From Sedimentisphaerales bacterium (GTDB lineage: Bacteria; Planctomycetota; Phycisphaerae; Sedimentisphaerales; SM23-30): DNA of 64,000 nt. The notes under the pieces were generated by a model. That model was not told where the DNA came from and made no database searches. It saw nothing but the letters and a program-made list of their open reading frames with translations. Location: assembly GCA_963666285.1 (NCBI GenBank), contig OY762711.1. One strand, written 5' to 3'. The position numbers were made by a program, and so were the translations under genes. The stretch's first letter is position 1; every line of letters starts with the position of its first letter. Positions 47,047 to 57,930 of this stretch are shown here, in pieces.

Positions 47047-49965
47047 ATGTTTACCTCAAAAACAATTACATATTATTTGATAATCAGCAATATACTGTTT
47101 ATTGCTATCAACAGCGGCTGCCAACATACAAACACATGTTCCCAAAAGGTACCTTCCCAGAATTCTGACAATACCGCATCCTCCTTTTCTGATAGAAATT
47201 TTGATTCAAACTGGCATTTCCTTCGCGGCGACGCTGCCGGCGCAGCATTACCGGATTTTGATGACTCCCAATGGCGAATATTAGATGTGCCTCATGATTG
47301 GACCATCGAAGATCTTCCAGCCCCGAAAAACTCCGTTCCGGAGCTGTCGATAGTAGCAGGACAATGGCGGTTCCAAAAAGGTGATAATGCCGCATGGAAC
47401 TCTCCTGGATTCAACGACAGCAGTTGGCAGCTGGTAACTTTACCTGACAACTGGGAAGCTCACTCTAATTACACCGACGAAAACGTCTACGGCTGGTTTC
47501 GCCGTAAAATAAATATTCCTTCATACTGCATCGGCAAAGACTTTAACCTCCTGCTCGGCTGTATCGATGATGTAGATCAGACCTGGCTCAATGGCGTTCT
47601 TATCGGCAGTACCGGAACATTCCCGCCCAACTACCAGACGGCATGGAATATTGAACGAAAATACCTTATACCCGCTTCCCTGGTCAAAGGTGATGGCACA
47701 GATATTCTTGCAGTTCGGGTTTTCGACGGTAGCGGCAACGGAGGCATTAACCAGGCTGGAACGACTTTCACCCAAATCGGACCGTTTAACCCAGCCATAA
47801 GTCCGAGCAAACATTTTACCGGTAACACCGTTGGCGGTACCGGCTGGTATCGCAAACACTTTACCCTGGACGAAACCAACAAGCAGGTATCCGTAATCTT
47901 TGATGGCGTTTACATGAACTCAGAAATATGGCTTAACGACCATCGCCTGGGCGAACACCCTCACGGCTATACCGGCTTTATATTCGACCTTACACCTTAT
48001 CTAAATAAACCGGGCCAGGAAAACATACTTGCCGTGAAAGTTCGCAACGAAGGACGCAACAGCCGATGGTATTCTGGTTCAGGCATATATCGTCATGTAT
48101 GGCTGTCAGTAAATGAACCGGTACATATCCCTGACTGGGGAGTTTTTATCACCACTCCGAAAGTCTCTAAACAAAATGCACAAGTAAATATTTCAACTGA
48201 AATCAAAAACAACACACAATCAACTGTTAACGCAAGTGTCAAAACTAAAATACTCAATCACTCAGGCCAGACTATAGCAAACATTCAAAATACGGTTTCT
48301 ATTCAGCCCAATGCTATGATCACCCCTGAATATTCAATCGAAATAACTAATCCGCGACTATGGAGTACAGACACTCCCTATCTGTATACCGCAGAAACAT
48401 CCATTATCGTCAACGGTAAAATCAATGACATAAAAAACACGCCTTTCGGCATCCGCAAAATTGAAATTGATACCGTAAACGGGTTTCGACTTAATGACAG
48501 CAAAATACTACTCAAGGGCGGGTGCATCCATCACGATAACGGCCCGCTTGGCTCTGCCGCTATTGACCGCGCTGAATACCGACGAATTGAGCTGCTCAAA
48601 GCCAACGGTTATAACGCTATCCGCAGCAGCCACAACCCGCCCTCTTCTACTATGCTTCAAGCCTGCGACCAACTGGGAATGATGGTTATCGATGAGGCCT
48701 TTGACCAGTGGACCGTATCAAAGGAAAACAACCCGCAGGACTACAGCAGTTTCTTTAAGCAATGGCACACCCGCGACATTGCCGCTATGGTACGCCGCGA
48801 CCGCAACCACCCATCCGTTATCATGTGGTCTATCGGTAACGAAATACCAGAACAATTCAATGCCGAAGCCACCCAAAAAATGCTACGCGAAGAAGTTCTT
48901 TCGCATGACAATACTCGACCAATCACACAAGCCATTAGCGTCACCCACGATTGGGCCAAACGTTCCGACCCGGCATTCAAATACCTGGACGTCGCCGGTT
49001 ATAACTACCTCCTCCAGCATTATGAAGCTGACCACACCCGCAACCCGGAACGTGTTATTCTAACAACCGAATCATACCCCAAAGAAGCTTATGCCAATTG
49101 GGACAAAGTAGAAAGACTGCCATTCGTAATCGGCGATTTCGTCTGGACCGCCATGGATTATCTCGGCGAAGCCGGACTGGCACACAGCATTCTCAGCAAC
49201 GAACAAAACAGCTTCTTTATGCCATGGCCATATTTTAATGCCTGGTGCGGCGACCTCGACCTCTGCGGATTCAAAAAGCCTCAATCTTTATATCGCGATG
49301 TCGTTTGGGGCCGCAGCAAAATTGAAATGGTTGTTCACGCCCCTATCCCTGACGGCCTTACCGAGGTTCTTAGCTGGTGGGCATGGCCAAATGAATCTCA
49401 ATCCTGGAACTGGACCGGCAATGAAGGTAAACCACTACAGGTCTCGGTATATTCCAGCTGCGATACTGTCAGACTCGAATTAAACGGAAAAAATATCGGT
49501 GAAAAGTCTGTATCAGGCGAAACAAACCTTACCGCAAAATTTGACGTACCCTACGCCCCCGGCCAACTCCGTGCTGTAGGGCTGACAGATGGAAATATCG
49601 TCTCAGAAACTTCCTTAACTACCACTGGCAAACCTGTCGGAATTAAACTTACTGCCGACCGCAATATTATCAACGCCGACCGCAACGATCTTTCCTATAT
49701 CTCTGTTGAAATTGTCGATTCAAATGGCAATCGCGTCCCAAATGCCGAGATACCAATACGCTTCTCTGTCAGCGGTGCAGGAACCCTCGCCGGACAGGCC
49801 AGTGCTGCCCCCAATAAACCGGCAAGCTTCCAGTCACCTGCAAGAGAAACCTTCCAAGGCAGATGCATTGCTATTGTTCGCCCTACCGGCTCAAAAGGGA
49901 CTATTACTTTAAATGCCGCAGCTGAAGGACTAAAAACCGCTGCTATTACCATACAAACCAAATAG
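47047..49965 (+). CDS. GH2 beta-galactosidase-like glycoside hydrolase
   Basis: PHDW, FDGVYM, RWYSGSGIYR, GCIHHDNG, RSSHNP, WSIGNE, DYLGE. Confidence 0.92.
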   Translation: MFTSKTITYYLIISNILFIAINSGCQHTNTCSQKVPSQNSDNTASSFSDRNFDSNWHFLRGDAAGAALPDFDDSQWRILDVPHDWTIEDLPAPKNSVPELSIVAGQWRFQKGDNAAWNSPGFNDSSWQLVTLPDNWEAHSNYTDENVYGWFRRKINIPSYCIGKDFNLLLGCIDDVDQTWLNGVLIGSTGTFPPNYQTAWNIERKYLIPASLVKGDGTDILAVRVFDGSGNGGINQAGTTFTQIGPFNPAISPSKHFTGNTVGGTGWYRKHFTLDETNKQVSVIFDGVYMNSEIWLNDHRLGEHPHGYTGFIFDLTPYLNKPGQENILAVKVRNEGRNSRWYSGSGIYRHVWLSVNEPVHIPDWGVFITTPKVSKQNAQVNISTEIKNNTQSTVNASVKTKILNHSGQTIANIQNTVSIQPNAMITPEYSIEITNPRLWSTDTPYLYTAETSIIVNGKINDIKNTPFGIRKIEIDTVNGFRLNDSKILLKGGCIHHDNGPLGSAAIDRAEYRRIELLKANGYNAIRSSHNPPSSTMLQACDQLGMMVIDEAFDQWTVSKENNPQDYSSFFKQWHTRDIAAMVRRDRNHPSVIMWSIGNEIPEQFNAEATQKMLREEVLSHDNTRPITQAISVTHDWAKRSDPAFKYLDVAGYNYLLQHYEADHTRNPERVILTTESYPKEAYANWDKVERLPFVIGDFVWTAMDYLGEAGLAHSILSNEQNSFFMPWPYFNAWCGDLDLCGFKKPQSLYRDVVWGRSKIEMVVHAPIPDGLTEVLSWWAWPNESQSWNWTGNEGKPLQVSVYSSCDTVRLELNGKNIGEKSVSGETNLTAKFDVPYAPGQLRAVGLTDGNIVSETSLTTTGKPVGIKLTADRNIINADRNDLSYISVEIVDSNGNRVPNAEIPIRFSVSGAGTLAGQASAAPNKPASFQSPARETFQGRCIAIVRPTGSKGTITLNAAAEGLKTAAITIQTK

Positions 49966-50123
49966 CACAACTCATGTCATTATCCTCCAATAAATAGTAC
50001 ATAAATTGCATTTTATATCCCTGTTTTAGTAATTATAATCTAATACATGTCATATTGAGCAATATATATAATTTTGACTCAATGTGAGCCCTCACCCAAA
50101 AGAGAATTATATTTACTAAGGCA

Positions 50124-52193
50124 ATGATAGATATGAAAAATGCATATAACGTTACACAACCGGACCTGGAACTCAGCCCTTTCACCGGCATGACCAGGAC
50201 ACACTATATTGACTGTGCTAAATACGTACTCGAACGAGCCTTCACCAAACACGTAAAATCATTTGAAGATCCGATTGTTTTCCCTACGCTGCCCGGCAGT
50301 AAAACATACCCGCTGCCAGGCGCCCCGGCATGGCGGCATCGCTCACACGAATGGGAAGCGTTTGAACGAACCTTCACTCTTGCCGGACCGCTTATACACG
50401 TTGACCCTGATATCAGCATCAACGGCATTAAACTCGATGATTACTACAAGCATCATCTCTATCAGGCCCTTACCCCCGGCAATCCCACCAGCCTGCCACT
50501 GCCGGAAGAGCTACCCGACGCAACCTACCAGTTCACCTGCGAATTCGGCGGACTGGCCAAAACGCTACTGCTCCTGCCCGACGTACTATGGCCGTCTTTC
50601 ACCCGACAGCAGAAAGACGAAATGGCTGTCACACTATCGAAATGGGCTCACCATCGAACAACCCAGAACAACTGGCGGATCTTCAATATCTGCGTACTGT
50701 CGTTCCTTAAGCTTAACGGCTATACCATCGACGAAGATCTCCTCAAAAGTCATCTCCTGTGGGTCGCCTCCTACCACGCAGGTGATGGCTGGTATCTCGA
50801 ACAGACTTACAACTACTACACCATCAGCCTATTTGTCGTTTACGGGGCTATCTGGTGCAGGGCTTTCGGCGATCAATACTACCCGGAAATTGTCGAAGTA
50901 CTCGAAAACAGCTTTCAGCAACTCATGAAAACATACACCAATTTCTTTGCCAGGGACGGATATATCAATATGTGGGCCCGAAGTATTTGCTATCGACTCT
51001 GGATCGCCGGCGGATTCCCCGTGTCGTTCATGCTTAAAAATAAGGCTCCGCTCGATCCGGGTTTTGCCCGCCGACTTTGCTCCGGAGCCATACTGCAGTT
51101 CACCGGCCGGGAACAGTTCTACCACAACGACATACCCAGCCTGGGCTTCTACGGCTACCGTGAATATGCCCTGCAAAGCTACAGCTGCCCCGCCAGCCCG
51201 TTTATTATGTTCCTGCCGTTTATCAGCCTGGCCCTACCCAAAGATTCGCCTTTCTGGACCGCTGCTGAAAACGAAGGCTACTGGCCCGAACTCGGCAATA
51301 AATCCCAAAGATCGGTTCTAACCAAACCCGGCCTGGTACTGGTCAATCACGGCAGCACCGGCACCTCTGAGATCATCTCCGGCAAGGTTTACGACGATGA
51401 CCACAACTATTCAAAACTAGTTTTCAATACCCATTTCCCATGGGAAGACCACAACCCGGACGGCGGCACATCACAGGAATACAGCTTCCGCAGCCTCGAC
51501 CCGCGCGACCTGGAAGGCGTCGATATTAACTTCTACCTTACCGGCAAAACCGTTGACAACGAAGCCTCCAAAAAGGCTGAGTTTACCACCTCGCAAAGCA
51601 TCCTGTTCAACGGCGTCCGCGACAACGTCCTGTACCGCCAGCTGATTATGCGCAAACCGCCCTTTAACGGCGTTGGCTACATTATCGACCTGGCTGAAAT
51701 AACCATCCCCGGCGGCGTTATACGCGTCGACCGCTGCCGACTCGCATTTGAACATGAAATGACTCTCGGACATTTCGCTCTGCCGCATTTCGACGGCCAA
51801 CCCGCCGAAATTGAGCAGATAAACGACCAGCACAAAACAGCACTCATCGCCTCCATCCCCGGCAGAAAAGTCGCTCTTATCGCTTATAACGGCTGGGACC
51901 GGCTCGAAACCCTTCAGCAGTCCGGCCGCAACGCTGAAGCCGACGAAAGTACCGTACTCTACGCTTATCGTAAACGAACCGAGCAAAACCCCGCTATGGA
52001 ACTCATGATCACCGCCATGCTGCACAAAACCGATGATATTCCCTGGACCGGCGACGAACTCAACATTGTCAAAAATATCAAAATCATGGACATTACCCCT
52101 ACCGGCTCGGTACTCGGTGCCATAATAACCCTCTCTGACGACACGACATATTCAGTAGACTTCAAAGACATCGACGGCTATAAATCATGCTGA
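50124..52193 (+). CDS. DUF2264 family protein
   Basis: SPFTGMTRTH, NNWRIF, YHAGDGWY, RSICYR. Confidence 0.8.
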   Translation: MIDMKNAYNVTQPDLELSPFTGMTRTHYIDCAKYVLERAFTKHVKSFEDPIVFPTLPGSKTYPLPGAPAWRHRSHEWEAFERTFTLAGPLIHVDPDISINGIKLDDYYKHHLYQALTPGNPTSLPLPEELPDATYQFTCEFGGLAKTLLLLPDVLWPSFTRQQKDEMAVTLSKWAHHRTTQNNWRIFNICVLSFLKLNGYTIDEDLLKSHLLWVASYHAGDGWYLEQTYNYYTISLFVVYGAIWCRAFGDQYYPEIVEVLENSFQQLMKTYTNFFARDGYINMWARSICYRLWIAGGFPVSFMLKNKAPLDPGFARRLCSGAILQFTGREQFYHNDIPSLGFYGYREYALQSYSCPASPFIMFLPFISLALPKDSPFWTAAENEGYWPELGNKSQRSVLTKPGLVLVNHGSTGTSEIISGKVYDDDHNYSKLVFNTHFPWEDHNPDGGTSQEYSFRSLDPRDLEGVDINFYLTGKTVDNEASKKAEFTTSQSILFNGVRDNVLYRQLIMRKPPFNGVGYIIDLAEITIPGGVIRVDRCRLAFEHEMTLGHFALPHFDGQPAEIEQINDQHKTALIASIPGRKVALIAYNGWDRLETLQQSGRNAEADESTVLYAYRKRTEQNPAMELMITAMLHKTDDIPWTGDELNIVKNIKIMDITPTGSVLGAIITLSDDTTYSVDFKDIDGYKSC

Positions 52194-52217
52194 AATTACA
52201 GATCAAATCAGCTGCTG

Positions 52218-52556
52218 CTAAAACTTCTTCATTATCGTTATCGCCAGATAATAGCATCCGATCATTATCCCGGTAGCCACCGTCATCGACAGAAAAAAGT
52301 TTACTCCGCGACTAAGCAAATACGGCAAAGCCAGGAAAAACACCAGCGACGGTATCACCAGCCAGAATATGTCTTTGGATAACGCTATGATCGGAGTAAC
52401 ATCTTTGTTCTCGCCATACATCCACAATATCGCCAAAAATGAGGTCAAAGGTATAGAGGCCAGTATCCCTCCCATCAGCGAGCTCCTCTTGCCAAATTCC
52501 GATATCAACACAATCAAAACTGCCGATACAACTAACTTAATAATGTAATATATCAT
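52218..52556 (-). CDS. DUF3147-like membrane protein
   Basis: ISEFGKRS..GGILASIPLTS...FWLVIPSL. Confidence 0.8.
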   Translation of the reverse strand: MIYYIIKLVVSAVLIVLISEFGKRSSLMGGILASIPLTSFLAILWMYGENKDVTPIIALSKDIFWLVIPSLVFFLALPYLLSRGVNFFLSMTVATGIMIGCYYLAITIMKKF

Positions 52557-52641
52557 TCGCTATGCTTCCATAATGGTAATCCAAAATGCTCAGAATAATG
52601 AAAATATACTATATCATAAAGCTAAATCGAACTCAATAACT

Positions 52642-52806
52642 CAAAACTACTTCTGGAAATTGCTTTTATTGCGAAAGTGAAGTGTTTTGTTTGCTGGCAA
52701 GAAAGATAAAATCGTGCATATTGGCTATATTCGCGGTTTTATCTGACGCAGACCGGCAAGCAAAAGATCCATCTTTCGCTAAAAATGATTTTTTAGAGCT
52801 GCCCTA
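52642..52806. repeat. ~165-bp MITE-like repeat, copy 2
   Basis: Same orientation as 46826..46992; ends TTTTTAGAGCTGCCCTA. Confidence 0.75.
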
Positions 52807-52848
52807 AATACATTACAAGGATATAAATATAGAACAAAAGTTAAATAA

Positions 52849-53700
52849 TTATCTTTTAATATCAGCCTTCAGTTTTTCTGCATCAATAAAATCATCTAAT
52901 GATTTTTGGCGATATTCTTCATTTAACTGTTCTGCCAGATGTTTTTTTACCTGTTCAAATGGAACTGTTTGTTCTGGAGATTTATCTATTACACGCGCGA
53001 TATGCCATCCAAATTCAGTTTCAAATGGTTCACTGGTTGCTCCCGGTTCTAATGCAAAAACAATATCTTCAAAAGCCTGAACCATATGCCCGCGAGGAAA
53101 CCAGCCCAGGTCCCCGGCATTATCCGGACAGGATGAATACTGTGATGCTATAGCTTCAAATGAGACACCTTCCTGAATTTGCTGGTAAAATTCAAATATT
53201 TTCTTTTGTAACTTATCTCTATCATTGCCGGAGCCGGGGTGAAGTACAATATGGGCGGCATGAACTAATTCCGGCTGGATAAACTGCTCTGGATTCTGTT
53301 CATAATATTCTCTGAGATATGATTCGGTCGGCTTTATTGAATTTTCCAGGATTTGATTATGCAAACGTTGAATTTTTAGACTATCGCATATTTGTTCGCG
53401 AAGTGTTGATTCCGCAACACCGGCCTTTTCCAGAAATTGCTCCTTGCTTTCAGATTGACTACTCATTTCCTGGAATATTTCGTCAATACTTGCCTGATCT
53501 ACTGGTAATTCATCAGCTAAGGCAACCTGCCGAAACAATACCTGCTCGATAAGATTTTCACATGCCCACTCATATAGCTGAAATTGCTTCTGTTCTCCAG
53601 TTAAATCTGAATCGAGCCTGTCATAATGAGGTTTCACCCTTTGGATTTCACGTTGAATATCGCTGTCAGATATTTCTTCACCGTTCACAAAAATTGCCAT
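52849..53700 (-). CDS. PpiC-type peptidyl-prolyl isomerase
   Basis: AHIV, GDLGWF, FETEFGWHI; start re-called at MAIFVNG. Confidence 0.9.
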   Translation of the reverse strand: MAIFVNGEEISDSDIQREIQRVKPHYDRLDSDLTGEQKQFQLYEWACENLIEQVLFRQVALADELPVDQASIDEIFQEMSSQSESKEQFLEKAGVAESTLREQICDSLKIQRLHNQILENSIKPTESYLREYYEQNPEQFIQPELVHAAHIVLHPGSGNDRDKLQKKIFEFYQQIQEGVSFEAIASQYSSCPDNAGDLGWFPRGHMVQAFEDIVFALEPGATSEPFETEFGWHIARVIDKSPEQTVPFEQVKKHLAEQLNEEYRQKSLDDFIDAEKLKADIKR

Positions 53701-53743
53701 TATTTCTCCATACTTGTAGGGACTTCTTCTAACAACAGGCGGA

Positions 53744-54721
53744 TTAAATACCTCGATATTCCTCTTCAAGAACCATTGTCGGCAGTAAATAAAACTCACC
53801 CTTAAACTCGTCGATTCTTCCTGAAATCTTATATTTTACCGAACGGTTATTCGCCCGAATAGCTGACTCCATTAATTCCAGATACTGACAAGGTTGGATT
53901 ATCAGCGGCTTCTGACCGGTATTTCCATCACCACTTTCAAACATGAAATAGATTCGCCCCTCTGACTGATTGGGGACCAAACGGCCAACTCGATTGGTTA
54001 TTGTTGTATCATTCTCAAACTCATCAATTGCTCCCTGAGTGTCATTAATTGTCACGGAATCTTCATCAATGCTTTTCATCTTAAAGGGAAAAGGCATAAC
54101 GTTGACCCTGGGAACCTTCATTAGTTTATCTCTAACATACTGGGGAACAATACCCACATCTTCAGGATTTTGTTTATTGTCATTTTCCGGTTGGGTATAA
54201 TAAAATGGTGATGTCTGAGAATCTTTTTGCTTTGCAATCGCAGCTTCACTAAAAAGAGATTCAGTAGCAACCATAGTCAGCATAATAAAATTCCGCTTCT
54301 GGTATGAGGTAGCTTCACCCCATATGCGAAATACAATTCCATAGTCTGACTTATTATTTACTACTCGCAGCATAGTCTCCAGCCAACGGGAAGGTAACAC
54401 TTCAATAACTGAAACTTCAGGATTCTGCCTTACAACATCTAAATCTGCCTTCCCGTCTGAATTCGCCTGAATTTCGGTAATTGCCTTCTGTGTGTCTTTT
54501 GTAAACACCAGAAACCACTTGTCACCATCAGGATGTTCTATTAAACGAGCCTGCCTTCCAGAGAAGTAAAATCCTTCATTATATAGTTTATCAGTAATTG
54601 TCTTTTCTTTTACTGCACTAATTTGAGATTTCGACTCTTCTTCCGCGGCAAAACAATTTGAACTGTAAATACAAAACAGTGCAAATATTAAACATGCTAA
54701 AAAAAGTGATATCGGTTTCAT
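53744..54721 (-). CDS. Hypothetical exported protein
   Basis: Signal peptide; two related halves. Confidence 0.7.
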   Translation of the reverse strand: MKPISLFLACLIFALFCIYSSNCFAAEEESKSQISAVKEKTITDKLYNEGFYFSGRQARLIEHPDGDKWFLVFTKDTQKAITEIQANSDGKADLDVVRQNPEVSVIEVLPSRWLETMLRVVNNKSDYGIVFRIWGEATSYQKRNFIMLTMVATESLFSEAAIAKQKDSQTSPFYYTQPENDNKQNPEDVGIVPQYVRDKLMKVPRVNVMPFPFKMKSIDEDSVTINDTQGAIDEFENDTTITNRVGRLVPNQSEGRIYFMFESGDGNTGQKPLIIQPCQYLELMESAIRANNRSVKYKISGRIDEFKGEFYLLPTMVLEEEYRGI

Positions 54722-55248
54722 ATTAAATATTTCGATTCCAGCAAATCAATTGCTTCTTCTACGTTATCAACACAATCTATATATCCTGATGATTTGTCAT
54801 CATGATTAATTACCTCACATATGACATTTTTCCAGGATTGACCTACTAAAACAAATGGCCTGGACTTAATGAACTTTTTATTCATCATTTCCCAGACCAT
54901 TGATATTTCCAATAAAGTGCCAGTTCCACCAGGCAATGCAACAAAACAATCTCCAAGCTCAATCAGTTTCATTAACCGATCATTAAGATTATCAGTACGG
55001 ATTTCTCTAGTCAACCACTTATTAGGACCACTCCTGTCAAACGCTGTGCATGTCACTCCAATTATCTCAACTGGAAATGAAGATGCTCCATATGACACCG
55101 CTGCCATGGTTCCTCCATAGCCACCATTGCTGACATTATATCCTTTTTCCGCTAAAATATGACCCAACTTATAAGCTTGCTCATATTCGGCTTCTACAGG
55201 CAATGGTTTTGATGATCCAAAAACAGTTATTGTTTTAGAGATAGCCAT
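54718..55248 (-). CDS. LOG family protein
   Basis: VFGSS, GGYGGTM, LPGGTGTLLE. Confidence 0.9.
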   Translation of the reverse strand: MAISKTITVFGSSKPLPVEAEYEQAYKLGHILAEKGYNVSNGGYGGTMAAVSYGASSFPVEIIGVTCTAFDRSGPNKWLTREIRTDNLNDRLMKLIELGDCFVALPGGTGTLLEISMVWEMMNKKFIKSRPFVLVGQSWKNVICEVINHDDKSSGYIDCVDNVEEAIDLLESKYLI

Positions 55249-55273
55249 CTTAATGCTATATCCGGATTAATTA

Positions 55274-55870
55274 TTATTCGGCCTGAACAGACTGTGCCGG
55301 CATAGAAGATTCATTTGCATTTTCAGAGTTATTCACAGGCTTACTTGGCTTTTCGGCTTTCGCAACAGGACCAAGTACCATGTTCATTCTCCTGCCGGCT
55401 CGTTTCGGCAGTGAATCCACCTTACTGCAATCTGAGAGTTCCTTAACAATAAGGTCGAACATTTCATTTGCCATGCCAAGATGCATCATCTCACGACCCT
55501 TAAACATCATGGTAAATTGAACCTTATTACCTTTTTCAAGGAACTTTCTGGCATTATTAATCTTAGTATCCCTGTCATGCTGGTCAATTTTGGGCCTTAA
55601 CCTGACCTCTTTCAGAACAACATTATGCTGTTTGACCTTAGCTTTATGCTCTTTCTTTTTCTGGTCGTATTTCCATTTACCGTAATCCATCAGTCTGCAA
55701 ACCGGCGGTTTACTTGTCGCTGAAACCTCTACCAGATCAAGCTCTGCTTCGCGGGCCATGCCCAATGCTTCTACTGTTCTGATGATACCTACCTGATTAT
55801 TATCCTGGTCAATCAACCTGACCTCAGGCACTCTAATACGTTCGTTGATTCTTAAATCTTTGGAAGCTAT
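55274..55870 (-). CDS. infC: Translation initiation factor IF-3 (ATA start)
   Basis: LRINERIRVPEVRLI, PPVCRLMDYGK, KEVRLRPKI; AAGGAG SD 8 nt before an in-frame ATA at 55870. Confidence 0.95.
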   Translation of the reverse strand: MASKDLRINERIRVPEVRLIDQDNNQVGIIRTVEALGMAREAELDLVEVSATSKPPVCRLMDYGKWKYDQKKKEHKAKVKQHNVVLKEVRLRPKIDQHDRDTKINNARKFLEKGNKVQFTMMFKGREMMHLGMANEMFDLIVKELSDCSKVDSLPKRAGRRMNMVLGPVAKAEKPSKPVNNSENANESSMPAQSVQAE

Positions 55871-55935
55871 CGCTGTATCTCCTTGTTAATCAATAACTTA
55901 ACCGAATGACTCACACTGAGCCCTTTTTACGGTAT

Positions 55936-57879
55936 TTATAATACTGTTGATTCTAGCGAGCGACTGGCAATTTCACAAGTGATTTTTTCGATAAAGTCTT
56001 GTAGTGCAATCGCTTGCTGATCTTCACGCCCTCGGACGCGAACAGTTACTTTATTATTTTCGGCTTCATTTGGCCCCATGATTAGCATATAAGGAATTCT
56101 TTCATTATAAGCTTTCTTGATCTTGGCATTAATCTTATCATCTGCCAAGTCTAATGTTGCCCTGACACCGGCATCCTTCAGTTGTTTACAGACTATTTGG
56201 GCATAATCATTGGTCTTTTCACTTATAGGCATAACCCGAATCTGTTCCGGTGACAGCCAGGTAGGAAATGAACCGGCGAAATGCTCGACAATAATACCGA
56301 AAAACCTGTCTAATGAACCGTAAAGTGCTCGATGCAGCATTACCGGACGTTGTTCTGTATTATTATTATCTGTATAAGTCAGGTCAAAACGCTCTGGCAA
56401 GGCAAAATCACATTGAATTGTACCTATCTGCCAGCTTCTGCCCAGACAGTCACGAACATGAAAATCGATTTTAGGCCCATAAAACGCCCCATCTCCGGGA
56501 TTTAGCTGGTAATCCAGACCTTTCTCTTCTAGAGCATTTTTTAGAGCTTCTGTTGCCATTTCCCAGATATCATCACCGCCAATAGATTTGGCCGGTCGTG
56601 TAGATAACTCCAGCTTGATATCTGTCAGCCCAAAAGCATTATATATCCGGAATGCCAGATCAATTACTTTCTTTACCTCATCTGTAACCTGACCTGGTGT
56701 GCTGTAAATATGGGCATCATCCTGGGTAAAACGTCTAACGCGGAACAATCCATGTAAAACTCCGCTGGCTTCATGACGATGAACAGTTCCCAGCTCGGCA
56801 CAACGAATTGGAAGCTCGCGATAAGAGTGATGACGAGATTTATATACCAGACATCCGCCAGGACAGTTCATTGGCTTTATAGCGTACCTGTCATCATCTA
56901 TGTCAACAAAATACATGTTTTCCTTATAATTATCCCAGTGACCGGATTGATGCCAAAGCTTCTCGTTTAGCATAGTAGGTGTACTGATCTCACAATAATC
57001 ATCCTTGGCGTGTTCTTCACGCCAGAACTTCAGCATTTCGTTCCAGATTACCATACCCTTCGGATGATAAAACGCAAAGCCTGGACCTTCTTCATGGAAA
57101 CTAAACAGATCAAACTGCTTACCAATAGTTCTATGGTCACGTTTTTTCGCTTCTTCAAGCAAATGTAAATACTGCTTAAGCTCTTTTTTATCAGCAAAGG
57201 CGGTACCATATACCCGCTGGAGCATCTTCTCGCTGGCATCACCTCTGAAATACGCACCGGCAATACTCATAATCTTATATGCACCTATCTGTCCGGTACG
57301 TGCTATATGCGGGCCGCGGCATAGATCTTCAAAACTACTCTGTTCCCTGCTGCCGGTAACGTAAAAACTTATTACATCGCCTTTCGCCGCTTTGGCGTTT
57401 TCTATCTTGTATCGATTACCCTCATTTTCGAGATATGGCATCGCATCATCGCGTGACATTTCATATCGCGTAAAAGGACGATCTTCCTTAATTATAGATT
57501 TCATTTCAGATTCTATCTTACTGAAATCATCAGGAGTAATTGGCGTATCTAAATCAATATCATAATAAAAGCCATTTTCAACTGTTGGGCCGTAAACCAG
57601 CTTAGCCTCAGGAAACAGCTTACAAATTGCTTCCGCCATCACATGTGCACAACTGTGCCTGATAAGCTCTAAGGCCATTTCAGGATCACTCTTGGCTGTT
57701 ATAAGCTCAAGACTAAAATCACAATCCATTTGTCTGGTTACATCTGTTAGTTCACCATCTATCTTAGCAGCCAAAGAAGCCTTCGCTAAACCTGGACTAA
57801 TATCAGACGCTACATCAAATGCTGATACAGGGTTTTCATATTCTCTTACAGTTTTATCCGGTAATGTTACTCTTATCAT
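55936..57879 (-). CDS. thrS: Threonine--tRNA ligase
   Basis: RHSCAH, DLCRGPH, KPMNCP, GAFYGPKID. Confidence 0.98.
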   Translation of the reverse strand: MIRVTLPDKTVREYENPVSAFDVASDISPGLAKASLAAKIDGELTDVTRQMDCDFSLELITAKSDPEMALELIRHSCAHVMAEAICKLFPEAKLVYGPTVENGFYYDIDLDTPITPDDFSKIESEMKSIIKEDRPFTRYEMSRDDAMPYLENEGNRYKIENAKAAKGDVISFYVTGSREQSSFEDLCRGPHIARTGQIGAYKIMSIAGAYFRGDASEKMLQRVYGTAFADKKELKQYLHLLEEAKKRDHRTIGKQFDLFSFHEEGPGFAFYHPKGMVIWNEMLKFWREEHAKDDYCEISTPTMLNEKLWHQSGHWDNYKENMYFVDIDDDRYAIKPMNCPGGCLVYKSRHHSYRELPIRCAELGTVHRHEASGVLHGLFRVRRFTQDDAHIYSTPGQVTDEVKKVIDLAFRIYNAFGLTDIKLELSTRPAKSIGGDDIWEMATEALKNALEEKGLDYQLNPGDGAFYGPKIDFHVRDCLGRSWQIGTIQCDFALPERFDLTYTDNNNTEQRPVMLHRALYGSLDRFFGIIVEHFAGSFPTWLSPEQIRVMPISEKTNDYAQIVCKQLKDAGVRATLDLADDKINAKIKKAYNERIPYMLIMGPNEAENNKVTVRVRGREDQQAIALQDFIEKITCEIASRSLESTVL

Positions 57880-57930
57880 GTCTAATTCTATTATTCCCTT
57901 TTATAGATAGGATTATTATCTATATCATTA

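Noticed and set aside
32249..52171. Many short antisense or alternate-frame ORFs (e.g. 32693..33346, 50263..50928, 51471..52025)
   Set aside because: They are shadows of long, motif-supported genes.
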